64,000 bases of DNA from Lama glama (lineage: Eukaryota): positions 105,836,001 through 105,900,000 of the forward strand of contig CM052817.1 in the NCBI GenBank assembly GCA_028534125.1. The letters run 5' to 3'. Shown here in pieces: positions 25,571-38,118 of this stretch. Below the pieces are notes generated by a model that ran no database searches, was not told the origin of the DNA, and saw only the letters and a program-made list of their open reading frames with translations. A program made the translations under genes and the position numbers. Each line of letters begins with the position of its first letter. The stretch's first letter is position 1.

Positions 25571-27761
25571 CTAATTTTATTCTTTTGAATCATCATTAAG
25601 TACTCAGTGAGCCATTTAGATTTGAATGCTTCACATTTCTCAGTTCTGGGCACATAGAGGTAAAGGAGAAATAAACTTAAATTTAAGTCATAGCAGTAGA
25701 TTTAATCAATATCAGTTTGTAAATTTAAGAGTTATAAACACTTAACTGGAGTTTTGAAGACTAATTTTAACACAAAGCAGCTCAGACTTTAGGGACACTA
25801 AGATCCAGAGAGTAGCAAAAAAGAAAAAAAGAAACTGATGCACAAGAGAAATTCATAAATATATCAGGAGTACCAAAGATGCATGATCTCTTAAGAGGAG
25901 GAAAGAGAAATTTGTAAGTAATAGGTTATCGGTGGCACCAAATGCTTCAGAAGTAGGGAAGAGAACAATGCAAAAGATTGGATTTTTTTTTTTTGTAAAC
26001 TTCAGGACACCTGTGTATAAAGTAATATAAGGGTGGAAGTCAAATAGAGGAGTATAAAAAATAAGGAACACATGAATGTTCTGATGAAACCTCATTTCAA
26101 GGAGTTTTAATGAGATCAACTAGTTACTAGGAGATACTCAAATTAATCATTTAAAAAATATTGAGCAACTTGAGATATTTAAAGATATAAAGGAAGGAAC
26201 ACTTTACAAGAGCTTGAACATGTTAGAAATTAAAATCACATTCATATGGACAAAGCCCGGATCAGAGATGAGATATCATTTGATGCTAATTTTACAAATG
26301 GTACCTGTATGTTTACTGCGATACTGAGAGGAGATCAGGATGTGTGCAAAACTCAGGTTTTTCTATTAGGTGTGAAGCAAGTTGTATTATTAGGTGGAAG
26401 GTGGGTGGGAATTGGGAACTTTAATCCTTGTGAGATAACATCTGTGGATCACAAACTGTAGAGTAAATTAGAGATAAGGGGTGGGTTTGAATAACTATTC
26501 AACTTCAGGAGAGATTATTATAAAACATACACAGAGATTCAATCAGTTTTCCAGTCAAGCTAGTCTAAATAACTAAAAGTTGTATCTTTGTTCTATAAGC
26601 TCCAATAAGTAGACTTACATATTAATTAATTGAAACTGTAAATGTCTCCAGCCTTTCTTTGATTACTTCTACTCTGGGGAAAATGGAATAATCTATAACA
26701 AAGGATTGACTTACAAATTCTAAAGCAAATTAACCTTTGGGAAAACATATCATGGTTTCTTTAATTAAAATAATGAGAAATCTAAGAATAATAGCATTTA
26801 GATCTTTCCTATTTAAACAGAAACTTGTTTGCACCCAAACAGCTAATCAAAAGGCAAACTATAACTACTTTCAGAAAGTCCATCGCTGTGCCTCTATGCT
26901 AAAATGACTGAAATTTATGACCCTTAAAAAATGACTAAATTTAGACACGGGTAAATTTGACATTTGCAAAAATGATGGCCTCTGTAGAATGTCGATGTTA
27001 AATTTTCTTCAATTGCAATCATACATATGTGCAGGAGATTTTATATTGTTTCCAATCTTAGCTTTTTTTTTTACCAATTATTTTTCCTCCTCATGCTCAA
27101 AATTTTGAAAATTTTGGAGTATTTAAATTTTGCCTTTATCTATTTATTTATTTTTGGACTTCAAGCATCACAAAGCTTTTTGGTGACTAGATATGATGTT
27201 GTTGACACACTGTGTTTAGATGATATAATCAAAGAGTTTAGATGTTGAAATTGTGGTTATAATACTATCAAAAGAGTATGACATGGATGAATAGGACAAA
27301 CACCTTGGTTTCAACACTGGTTTCAGTGAATATTGATGAGGAAAACACAAGGAAGGAGATAGGAAGTGGATGTAAAACTTCTACTTTTACTTGTCCCAAA
27401 CATTTTGTAAGGCAAGATAAAGGCAATAAATAGATGATATGAATGGCAAAAATAATCATGGAGTAAACTGACAATTACGACACTGGACTATGATATAAAA
27501 TGAGAAATAAAAGAATATTTTGAAGTTTCATAAAATATTGAATTTTTTTTTTGTTGGCAACCATGTTAGAACTATTTAAAATCCTGTTAAGCAGATGTAA
27601 AATACGTGTGTGTAGTCAAGTCTCATTTCTGAGGAGTGGAGTGGGTGATGACAAACACCATGCATTGTAAATTTCTGGGGATCTTCCGAGAAGGTGAATT
27701 TAAAGTCATCCAAAAGGGAAATGCAAACAGACCCAATGTAGTGTTAAGAATGAATCCCCAG

Positions 27762-27944
27762 GGGGGAGGGTACAGCTCAGTGGCAGGCACAAGGTCCTGG
27801 GTTCAATCCCCAGTCCCTCCATTAAAAAAATTGCATAAGTAAATAAACCTAATTGCCTCCCCTCCAAAATAAATTTTTTTTTAAATATTAAAAAAAAAAA
27901 GAAAAAGAGAAAAAAAAAAAGAAAAAGAGAAAAAAAAAAAAAGA
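27762..27944 (+). mobile_element. Vic-1-like SINE with internal deletion and long A-rich tail
   Basis: 16-bp TSD aagaatgaatcc(c/a)cag at 27746-27761 and 27945-27960. The head lacks about 15-20 nt between the A and B boxes relative to other copies. Confidence 0.92.
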
Positions 27945-28954
27945 AAGAATGAATCCACAGTTGGCCCAACCAATGAACTTAGCATTATGGTTATCTACAC
28001 ACACATTTTAAATCCCAGTACCATTCATGGATACCAGTGGAAACCACATCTGTGAACATGACCTTTCTTGACACTTAATATGCCGTTAACCTTAGATAAA
28101 GACAGATAATAGACTGAATCCTATTTCCAGGCAGCTTTGCCCACAATCTCAACAAATAACATAGGAATGCTTTCTCCTTAAAAATTTTAAACCCACTGTA
28201 TTTTATTTTAATTAACAAAAATTATTTTAACACTGTGAACTTTTGTCTATGGTCTCTTCCATTTTTCACTTGCATTTACTGAAAATATGTAGAGAGAAAA
28301 GATGCTTCCTACTTTTCAAGGTAAAACTTCATGGGGAATTGCATCATGGGTAATAAAAAACCATATCATTTTTCGAGTTCCATTTATGGAAGGAAAATAA
28401 ATCTCTCTCTCAGAATAGCCATGGACATTCATGTAATGCATGGCAGAAACAGGAAAATGCTGATATGAAGAGGTTAGTGCTGTGCTGGTCTTTGCACATG
28501 ATCCATCGTCTTAGGCTTGTATTCTCTCACCTTCCATCCTTAGTGTCAGACAGTTATCAGGTGACAAAATTATGTGGGCATTGAAAAAATTTGCATGTGC
28601 ACACTGAGTGTTTTATCTCTTACTACTGACCTCTGAAATTACTGTATCAGTCTGATCATTTTTCATCACTGTGTGGTATTCTGAATAAAAATTACTTTAA
28701 TTAATGGAAAAGAGACTAGGTTGCTCAACTTAAGAAAAGGTTCATGAAAGAGGGTGGAGGCAGAAAGAGGAAAAACACTCTTATGAGATGAGATGGAAAT
28801 TGTTGAGTTGGGATTTAGATATATGAGAAGCTTCAGAAGACATGTGTCAAGAAAATTGGATAGAAAGGGAAATTTTGGAAAATGTTGACATGGATTTTGA
28901 ATTAAATATCTTTTAGTAATCTTTCATAGATTCAGAATATATAATATAACTCTG

Positions 28955-29403
28955 TTTTTTTAAAACTGAAGTATAGCCAGTTTACAATGTTGTGTCAATT
29001 TCTAGTGTACAGTGTAATGTTGCAGTCATGCATATATATACATATATTCATTTTCATATTCCTTTTCATTATAGGTTACTACAAGATATAAAATATAGTC
29101 CCCTGTGCTATACAGTATAAACCTGTTGTTTATCTATTTATATATAGCAGTTGGTACCTGCAAATCTCCAACTTCCAATTTATCCCTTCCATAAAAAAGA
29201 ATAAAATAATGCCGTTTGCAGCAATATGGATGGACCTGGAAATCGTCATTCTAAATGAAGTAAGCCAGAAAGAGAAAAAAAAATACCATATGTGGAATTA
29301 AAAAAAAAAAAGATACAAATGAACTTATTTACAAACAGAAACAGACTCAGAAACATAGAAAACAGACTTATGGTTACTGAGGGGCAAAGGGGGTGGGGAG
29401 GGG
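28955..29403 (-). mobile_element. L1 3' end with 5' inversion (twin priming)
   Basis: 28955-29190 is the antisense L1 terminus and 29191-29403 is the adjacent upstream L1 segment in sense orientation. TSD tataa(c/t)tctg(t/c)ttt at 28945-28958 and 29404-29417. Confidence 0.85.
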
Positions 29404-29984
29404 TATAATTCTGCTTTAATTATTTTCTATATGCTGCTTTAGAAATAATTTAGTATCAAGATTAAGACACTTGTCCCCTCAGATATATCAGGTTTTCCTC
29501 CAGGCATTTATCTTAGATTTTGGAACTTAGTATAATATAAGCCTATTGATTAAGCCTATGTCTGTCAATAAGTTCAGAAATCTAAAGTATTTCCCTTATA
29601 AAAAGGAGTAACCTGGTCATTCTCTCTCCACAACTTCAAGAACACACATTTGCTTAATAATCTGGATTTTTTTTCTGGTTGATGAAAAGAAAGTCAATAT
29701 TTAGGATTATTTTAGTGTTTCTGCCTGGCTGTGTGAGTCAAGACCAGAACTTCTAGGATTTGGGAAGCTGCTATGGAAATCATGATGAAGTTGCTAGTAC
29801 AGGCAATTTACTATTAGAAATTTGAGTAATTTCTATTAAGTAATGTTCTATGAATTGGTATATACATCTATTACTATGGTAGTATGGTTTAAATATGAGT
29901 TAATTTAGAGCATAAAATTTCACTGACTGAGAGAATCTGTAAGGTCCACATTTGCGGGTGTTTATAGGTTCAAAGCCACAAAGC

Positions 29985-30150
29985 CACATATATATATACA
30001 CACACATACACACACACACATATACATACACACACACCTATATACATATTTTCCATTTTACTCACTGGTCTAGGAAATATATCTACATCTATATAATTAT
30101 GTATGTATGTATCTATCTATATACACACATATATGTGTGTATATATATTA
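29985..30150. repeat. Imperfect TA/CA low-complexity tract
   Basis: Direct reading; it produces the spurious ORF 29952-30257. Confidence 0.9.
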
Positions 30151-31199
30151 CTTTACTAAGGTCAAAGCACACGCCAAAATGTGTGAGAGATTATATTATA
30201 CTGTTCACATTATTCTCCTCCGTCTTCTTAGAGTCTAGTACTGAGTTGAGAAACTAAGAGAAATTCATTGTGATTTTGGTGTAATTTAAATGATGAATTA
30301 TTATCACATGCTGAGGGAAGGGCTCAGACAGCACTCTCAGGGATCCTACTCGGAAACAGAATTATAAGATGAAAGTTACTAACAGGATAAAGAAAATGGT
30401 TCCCTATTTTCTTGGCATCCTTTGGAGAGGAATGTTTGGGCCAGACACAGCTAGAAATAACACTGTGCTCTAGGAAAGTCATTTTCCCAAAATATGTTCT
30501 ACATTTTTATGCAGAAAGTGTTTGAATGTCCTTTAAAATGGTAAAATAACTGTCTGATCTTGGGTACCAGCTGCTCAGTCATTGTACTGACATCACTGGA
30601 AAACCTGGAAGGACATTGAGACTTTTCACAGATTCTCCTCCTACTGCCTGGTAACAGGACAAGCCGACTGGTTACTGAGCAATGCAAAGAGAATTGTCGT
30701 GGTCATTAGTCTTGCAGAAAATCCTGTTCCTACTTCCCCAGTCAATTCTTAAGGAATAGTCAAATATAAGCCCTTTTTATCTGGAGATATAATTAACTGA
30801 ATCAAGGATAGGAAAAGAGAGAGAGGAAGACAAAGTACCCTCCGTCCACTTCCTGGGGTTGGCAGTGTTCATGACTATTCAGGTGGGTTTTGTTCTTCAT
30901 TAACTATTAACTGTCTCTCATACCCAACAGACAGCATTCTGTCACCATACATGATCTCTGGAAACATAAGAGAGTAGCTTTGGAACCGTCTGAAATGAAA
31001 TTATTGCCCAAGGTGTGTCCATTCAGTTGTCCATCATCTAAGCAATGGAAACCATCCTTCTGCATAATTAGTTCAAAGCAATTATAAAAATAGAGAGAGC
31101 GAGCAGAGCACTGTTCCTCAAGGTCTCCACCCTCCCAGATACCTAATTTTCTTGTTTTGTTAGGGTAGGGGACCCGGGTGTTGACTGCCTTTCTTTGGT

Positions 31200-32340
31200 G
31201 AACTTTTCTACCAGCATTTTTTTGTTTGCCGTGATTACTCTTTTGAAGCCATCAGGAAAGGTCACAATAAGCAGTTTCAACTGCTGTTTTGACACGTTCA
31301 CAATAAGCTAATAGAACAGCAGTCATCGTCCAGGCCAAGGAACTTTGTACGGCAGATGTTTGGAATGAGAATTAACAGTTTTGATCTCTGAGAGTCTGTC
31401 CTCTTCAGGTGATTACTCTTTCCAATCTGCAATTTGGTTACTCCCAAAACTATCTATTCTGCTACAATGTTCAACATGCCTCCTTCTTCTAAAAATTCTA
31501 CATCTATTCTTAACATTAGCTCTGTTTCTCTAGCTTTCCTGAATCTCTTTTCCACAGAATTAGCTATTGGTAAGTTCCCAAGGAGATCACTCCACATTAA
31601 AGATCATTCTGGAAACTCTCCTTTGTCTCATCCAGATTCCTTATCTATCCTTCCAGGTCCATTGGCTCCCATGCATTTCCACCATAGAGTTAGCCATTGA
31701 CAAGTCCCCTGGAAGCATAGCTGTGAGGAGTAAGGCAGGGAAGTGGGAATGTGCTACCAAAGATGCAGTCCTCAATGCTCAACACTCCCAGCTTTGTGGA
31801 GTGCAGCTCTCACGTGATTGCAAACCTGAAGTTCTCAGGTGGAACTGATAACTTCCACTCTCGCCCACTGGATTCCCAAGAACTAATAGCTGGAAGGAAA
31901 CATTGTCCACATCATTGATCTGAAATCTTTGACATGCAGTGAAGAGTTGGGGTTTGAATCCCACATTCACAAGGCTAAATATGGACTGGAATCCTTGCCC
32001 TATTCTTTGTATGTAGTTGTATTTCAAAATATAAGCCTAGATTTTGCTTTTTTATATAAAAATAATACTTCTCTGAAGCTGGGCAAGTCCAGCATTTCAT
32101 GCTTCTTACCTCAGTCCTTAGGGCTGGTTCCCTCCAAAGCGATCAGAATACTGCAACAGTTTTAGCACTGTGATTGCTTCTGATGAGATCAAGGAGAAGG
32201 AGACAGTTGGTCTTTTAAACTTTCCACCTATTTAATATTTCTACTGAAGCCATGAAAGCTGGGAGTATGCTGTGTCACCTGGTACAATTTTGCTCAGAAG
32301 TGAATGTGACAGTTCACGTCGGCAGGAGCAATTCTGAAAA
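31200..32340 (-). mobile_element. Ancient L1/Tx1-clade LINE ORF2 C-terminal fossil (non-mammalian-type L1)
   Basis: Ordered motifs across frameshifts: *HSIL..ILNIGGKFK..ISSEA; A*NAGLAQL; SFREV..YFEIQL; LHLW*HIPTSLPYSSQLCFQGTCQWLTLWWKC (31673-31768); LLGNLP (31568-31585); IADWK (31419-31433). Confidence 0.5.
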
Positions 32341-32779
32341 TATAAATCCAAACTTGCTAGACCCACATGGGGGACAATATTGCTTTATGATTATATGATA
32401 AATTTTAGAATATGATAGACATGGTTTCAAGTAATAGATATTCTACAAATTGGTTGTCTATTATAAACAAATCACTTGCCTTCTGAGATCCTCATTGTAA
32501 AATAAAATGAAAAAATACTTATTTTTCACTATATTCTAAAAATTAAGAATGGATAATACTTTTTATTCCTATACTGTGCCCAGTAGATAGAGGAACTGTA
32601 AAAGGATAATTTTATTGTGATGTGCACTGAAATTGTAAGCTTAATGTGCTTTATGCGAGCAGTCTGAACCTTTTCTACACAATGAGCTATACAGTGGTGT
32701 GGCTGAACAATCGTTCAATCATTGCTGAATAGAAAGCAGAAAATGAGAAATAGGCAAAAGTGTGATCCAATGAGAAATC

Positions 32780-32935
32780 AACAGGCTTTAAAGATTCAGG
32801 TTCAAATCCCTTACAGCAGCATAACTTTATTATTCTCATTTCTGGACTTCACAGTCCTTCATTTGTGTAATAAAGATAACAATGTACACATTGTTTGCAG
32901 TGAAGATTAAGCCAAATAATAAGAAAGTAATGATA
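32780..32935 (+). mobile_element. MIR SINE
   Basis: ggttcaaatcc..tctggacttcacagtccttcatttgtgtaataaagataac..gtgaagattaa (MIR core). Confidence 0.55.
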
Positions 32936-34789
32936 GCAAACACTTTACTGAGTACATTTTAGACACAAATAAACATTCTTTTAATCACTGGTTTTGTATA
33001 CACACACAAAGATGTATGAATTAATAGCATTGATTTCAAGCCTTAATTATTTCTTCTGCATGGAGACCGATCCTTGGTTTAAGGTTACTTTCCATCTTTG
33101 ACTGGCCAGGGGATGGTCATATCTGAACTGAAAGGACTCTCCGCCAATGGTCACCATGGTTGGAAACCTGCAAGAACCTCTGAGGGTCAAGAAAGCATAT
33201 TTGTTCAACAGTGGTGGCAATGATTTTTTTTTATCCTAAATAATGTCATATATTTTACAGTGCTTCAAAGTAAACCTCCTTATTTTTGATTCTTTGCGTA
33301 TTAACAAACCAAAATCAAGTGGAAAATGAGAAGAATGGTATATATTTAAAATTCATTCACAAAGAAACATGCTTTTATTTCTTTAATATATTTCTGGAAG
33401 CCAATATTAACAAGTTTTCATGATCTTTATTAACACACGGCATCTTTGTAGCGTGCTACAGTGTAACTAATTTTTACATGCATAGTGGTGCATTACCAAT
33501 CGCAGCAAATGAAAAAACAGGCAATTAGGAGCTATTTGACTCTGGTCCTTCATTTAAATTTTACAGCTGTTCTGTGTTTTACCAGAGCAAGTCTTTGGAT
33601 GGATGTCAGTTTGAAAAATCAGGTGTGGACTTTTTTTGGTTGGAGTTTTACTTTTGTTTTATTTTAACACCAGAAGTGGCTCCCTCGAGTGAAAAGTGTA
33701 AAATTGCTAGACTCTCTAAAGACCGAAAGGAAATTACCTGTAGCATGAAGTTTGGTGGCAAATCATGCTTGCTTTTTATCAAGATGTAATCCAAGAAGTC
33801 ATTTGGGATACGTATGTTTTCACCATTGCTATTAAAACATAAAACCAAATATCACAGTGACCAACTATTTCTACACAACTCTCTACAGAGACCAGAGAGA
33901 ATGGACTTTCCTGAGGTCCCTGGGTTTCCAAATTGCTCTGGAAATACAACCATATTCTGCAGAGGAATAAAAAAGACTCCTGTGATCTCTCAGTATTGTA
34001 TAACCCTGATAAGAACTCAGATTTAGCAAATTTTAGCTAAAACATAGCTTGACATTTATGAGATGCTACATTTAAACACTGTCATTTTGATTGAAATCTA
34101 CTTTCTCCTGAAACAAACCAAGCCTTCATCTCTTTTATATCTGTGGTTTCATAGTGGTTCTCACACACTGCAATCTTGTCTATATAGAGCTGATAATATT
34201 TCCAAAACCGGAATGTTTAGGGGATAATGCATCGTACTGGTTATGTTATTCAAAAATAAACTGCAAAGAAACAACAGATCTTGAATGAAGGTCTATTTAG
34301 TGTGACTGCTCTTCAGAAACGTAATTTCAATGTCACGGCTTTCTGAGGCTTCTCCTTCTCTAGTTTCTGGCTATTCGTGCAAAGACAGACATGAAAATAA
34401 TAATTCTAATTAACTACGAGCCTGTGGGGTTTAGATTTTTTCATTACGCAAACATTTATGTAGTGACAGTTATCATCTAAAATGCTCTTTTATGATCTTA
34501 TTTTTCTAAGTAGAAGGTAAATAGCATAATAATACACATTTTAAAAATAATGAAACTGAAGCAGCAGGATCTTAAGTAGATAAATCACAAAACTTGCTTT
34601 TGGACCCAGCCTCCAGGCAGCATGGTGTCGGCTTCCGCATTCCGCCGCCTCCCTGTGGAGTGAGGCAGGTGCCAGTTGTTTTGGTGTAATGCTTGGTGTC
34701 ATCAGCGTCCCCATCATTTATTTTCCTGGTGTTGGAAATCCATTCTGTATGATTTATGCGAAGTGAATCCCACCCACCACTCATACCAT

Positions 34790-35385
34790 ATGGCTAGACA
34801 GCCAGGATGTCTAGCTTCTGACACATGTTTTGACATACGTCTCATGGGAAAGTCTTTCTTTCCTAAGATAACACTTGTGTGTCAGTAAGTGGCCTCATGA
34901 AGGAATCAGAAAGAAAGCACGTGCAAGGTTGGGGGTAGTGCTCGGATGGGAGGCGGTCGGGGGACAGCTCAGTGGTAGAGCCACATGCTCAGCATGCACG
35001 AGGTAGGTCCTGAGTTCAATCCCCAGCAGCTCCATTAAATAAATAAGTATATAAATCAATATTAAATATCTCCTCTCAAAAAAAAAATTGTGGAGGAGGG
35101 TATGGCTCAGTGGTAGAATGTGTGCCTAGTATGCACAAGGTCCTGAGTTCAATCCCCAGTACCTCCATGAAAACAAAACAAAACTAAACTAATTACATCC
35201 CCTCCCACCACCAAAAAAAGTAAAAGAACGTGCAAAGAAAAGTAGCTCTGATAGAGGGACAGAGGAAGCTATGAGTCAAAATATCGCCTTTTTTAGTCTC
35301 TAGGTCCCGGGTACCTGAAGTCCCGCTAGCGCTGTGTTTTTATTTCAGGACCAACAAATTCTCCCGCTTCGCTGAAGCTTAAAGA
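34790..35385 (+). mobile_element. Degenerate MLT1-type MaLR LTR interrupted by a SINE pair
   Basis: The 3' part gtacctgaagtcc..ttcag gaccaacaaattctcc..aagctt resembles MLT1 ends. The sequence rejoins across the SINE TSD. Confidence 0.4.
34927..35222 (+). mobile_element. Two head-to-tail Vic-1-like SINEs inside one TSD
   Basis: Heads lie at ~34950-35025 and ~35092-35167, with a single outer TSD aaag(c/a)acgtgcaa at 34914-34926 and 35223-35235. Confidence 0.88.
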
Positions 35386-35704
35386 GCTCTTCCGGGTGTC
35401 AGGCTCTCCTGCAGATGAGAAGGCAAATAAGAAATGCCACCATCAGCTCCACTTCCAACTCCTTAAAGGCAGGGGTTCTATCCTGTCCAACCCTGATGCC
35501 TCTGCACATGAAGGCGTGCAGAAATGTTTGTGGAGTAGTGGAAGGAAGGCTGGTGTCAAAGCTAGTGACTGCCAGTTTTCCCACAGCCAGGCCAGGCCAC
35601 ACCAAGCGCTGACCTCCAGGAAAGTCAAAGATGGTTTGACTATTATGATACACTCTACACCTGATTGGATTTATATTGAGTATCTTTGTTTACCGTCATC
35701 ACAT

Positions 35705-35990
35705 TTTTGCAAAATATTGAGGTATTATTTACATATAATGTAATTTAGAGAGATATTAGGACAAATTTTGATGACTTTTGACAAATGCGTACATCCATGT
35801 AACGCACACCTCATCATGGTACCTACAGAACAATACCTCACTCCAGATGCCTACCATCTTTTCGCTTCACTCCTGATTCCTAGAGTTATCTGTGCTGAAT
35901 TCTATCACAGGTTAGTGTGGTCTGCTCTAAAATGTCATATAAATCGAATAATAAAATTTAACCTCTTTTGTGTCTGGTTTCTTTCTCTCT
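35705..35990 (-). mobile_element. Old L1ME/MB 3' end
   Basis: ttgatgacttttgacaaatgcgtacatccatgtaac..tcatataaatcgaataat..tttgtgtctggtttctttctct. Confidence 0.7.
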
Positions 35991-37407
35991 AGACACTATT
36001 AGTGTCTCTCTTACACGAAGTAGGAAAGAGAGATAAAGTGAATAAATAATTGGTGACTAATTATTATTGGCCAACGATCATCCAGATAGTGGATGTCTGA
36101 GCTCAGGTTCAAATTTAGCAATTTGACTTCAGAGTCCATGTCCTTAGCAGTATGTCCAGGGTCCACTTGCTTGAACTTCATGCATTTACACTTAAAAACT
36201 AAATATATTATCAAAGGCTCAGGGTTTGAATTTTATTGTAAAATTTGTATTGTAAAAAATTTATTGTTAAATATTATTATTTAAAATCATATCTTTTTTA
36301 AAAGGGCCTAACACTAAATCATGGATTTTCTCTTATGTTACTCTAACATACTATATACATATAAAGGAAAGACAAAATTAAGACAATCATCTAAAAAATT
36401 TAATAATAAAACAATTGCTCTAATTAAGAAATCCTACTATTTCATGCATTTTTTAAACCAAAGTATTTAGAATCAGTCCTGAAATTTTCATTTCACCTGC
36501 AAACCAGACTTTAACCGAGGCAAAGTACTACAAATAAAAAGTGTTAAACTGTATGTTAAAAAGGTAAATGTATATCACAATATAATTTAAAATGACGTTA
36601 ATAGGCTTGTCAGTTTAACTTGTTCTGACCGAAGCATTGACACAGTGAAATTTTTAAAAACAGCATCATGGATTTAAGAACATACTATGGTAGCAAGATG
36701 GAAAGAAAGACTGCTGTTAATTAATTGATGCTACAAGGATCTAGAACATTGTTTACAAAGGTGTTTTCTTATTGAATTATTTGAATGAAATTACTTAGTG
36801 AAGATTTTAGCATAATGGTGCCACAAAATATTGTCTGCGAATGAATCGCCACAAACTCTTCGTGAGTTCCCCAACAGAAGCACATTCTTTACTGAAATTT
36901 AAAGCCTCTCATTAAGAACTCGGAGGAAAACTATTGACGTGCTGTGGGACTTTCCAGGGCAAAGAGAAAATGATCTGTTTTTCTTCAGCATCATATAAAA
37001 AGACATATATAATGAAGCAGCTGTGAATGAGGATGGTAATGAATGCACAAAGCTGCTTTTTAAGGGATTAATTATTTCCCTCAATATTTCTGGAGGCCCT
37101 TTAACGACTTTTATTATGGTCATTGTCAATTATACGTAGGCTTATTTTGATAACATTTTCTAGACGTCAACATACAAAATTATGTCCTACCCAAGGGTGA
37201 TCTGAAACTCTGCCACCTCCCACAAAACCTGCCTTCCCACTTCCTCCTGCCTGACCCTAGTAAACTAAGATGGCATTTTAAATTGGTGAAACTAATGGGG
37301 TATATATAATACACATATAAATTAATTGGCAGAGAAAGACTTTGTTTTCCTATAAGCAGTATTATAGAGAACTGCGTGATTTGCACCTTAACAAAGGAAT
37401 CATTTAA

Positions 37408-37645
37408 ACCATGCATTCTCAAAGGGAGGCATATCGCCTTCAAGGAGACAAAAGTGGGGTCTTTGGGGACGACATATCTTGGACTTCACAGTGGTTTGTG
37501 GGCTTCCAAAGAGTCACAGGACATAAAGTCAGTATATCTGTGATATTCAAATTTCATGGTGCAAGCTAGACGATCAGGAAATAAAAGTCTAAAAATTTTA
37601 GTCTCTGTAGAGCAGTGGTAATGAGCAAAAGAGTGCAAAACATTG
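37408..37645. mobile_element. hAT-Charlie non-autonomous DNA transposon (Charlie4-like)
   Basis: catgcattctcaaagggaggcatatcgcc..tggtttgtgggcttccaaag..cagtatatctgtgatattcaaatttcatgg, with a degenerate inverted end aaacattg. Confidence 0.55.
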
Positions 37646-37753
37646 GATAATGATGTTATGTCAGATACAGCAGTGTTGATTCAATGATTGAGGTCATTTT
37701 TAATATTTTGTGTGTGAATACAGTCCAAGAAATAATGAATTTTAACCTCTTGG

Positions 37754-38118
37754 TGGTTTTGACTGACTGTTAGCGCCCCTCCCCATTCGTATGTTGAGGT
37801 CTAATCCCCAGTGTGATGGTATTTGGAGGTAGGATTTGGGGGAGGGGATTGGGCCATGAAAGTGGAGGCCTCAGGAATAAGATTGGAGCCCCTATAAAAA
37901 GAGACCCCCAAAACCTCCTTTGCCCCTCCCACCAGTGAAGACCCAGCAAGATAGGGCCTTCTGTGAACCTGGAAGAGGGCTCTCAGAAGACACTGAGTTT
38001 TCCAGTGCTATGACCTTGGACTTCCTCACCTCCAGAACTGTGAGAGATAAATGTCTGTGGTTTATAAGCCACCCAGTCTATGGTATTTCTCGTACAGTAG
38101 CCGAGATGGACTAAGACG
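37754..38118 (+). mobile_element. MLT1A-like MaLR solo LTR
   Basis: Classic MLT1A motifs (aatccccagtgtgatggtatttggaggt; ctccagaactgtgagagataaat; gactaagac) and a perfect 5-bp TSD CTTGG (37749-37753, 38119-38123). Confidence 0.92.

Noticed and set aside
31200..31900. Endogenous viral element or R2/HERO-type element as the explanation
   Set aside because: No viral motif was recognised. The R2-type match needed more frameshifts than the L1/Tx1 cysteine-rich motif, which lies in one frame.
35396..35743. 115-aa ORF and overlapping ORFs
   Set aside because: Non-ATG start, no recognisable domain, no convincing splice sites, and it runs into an old L1.
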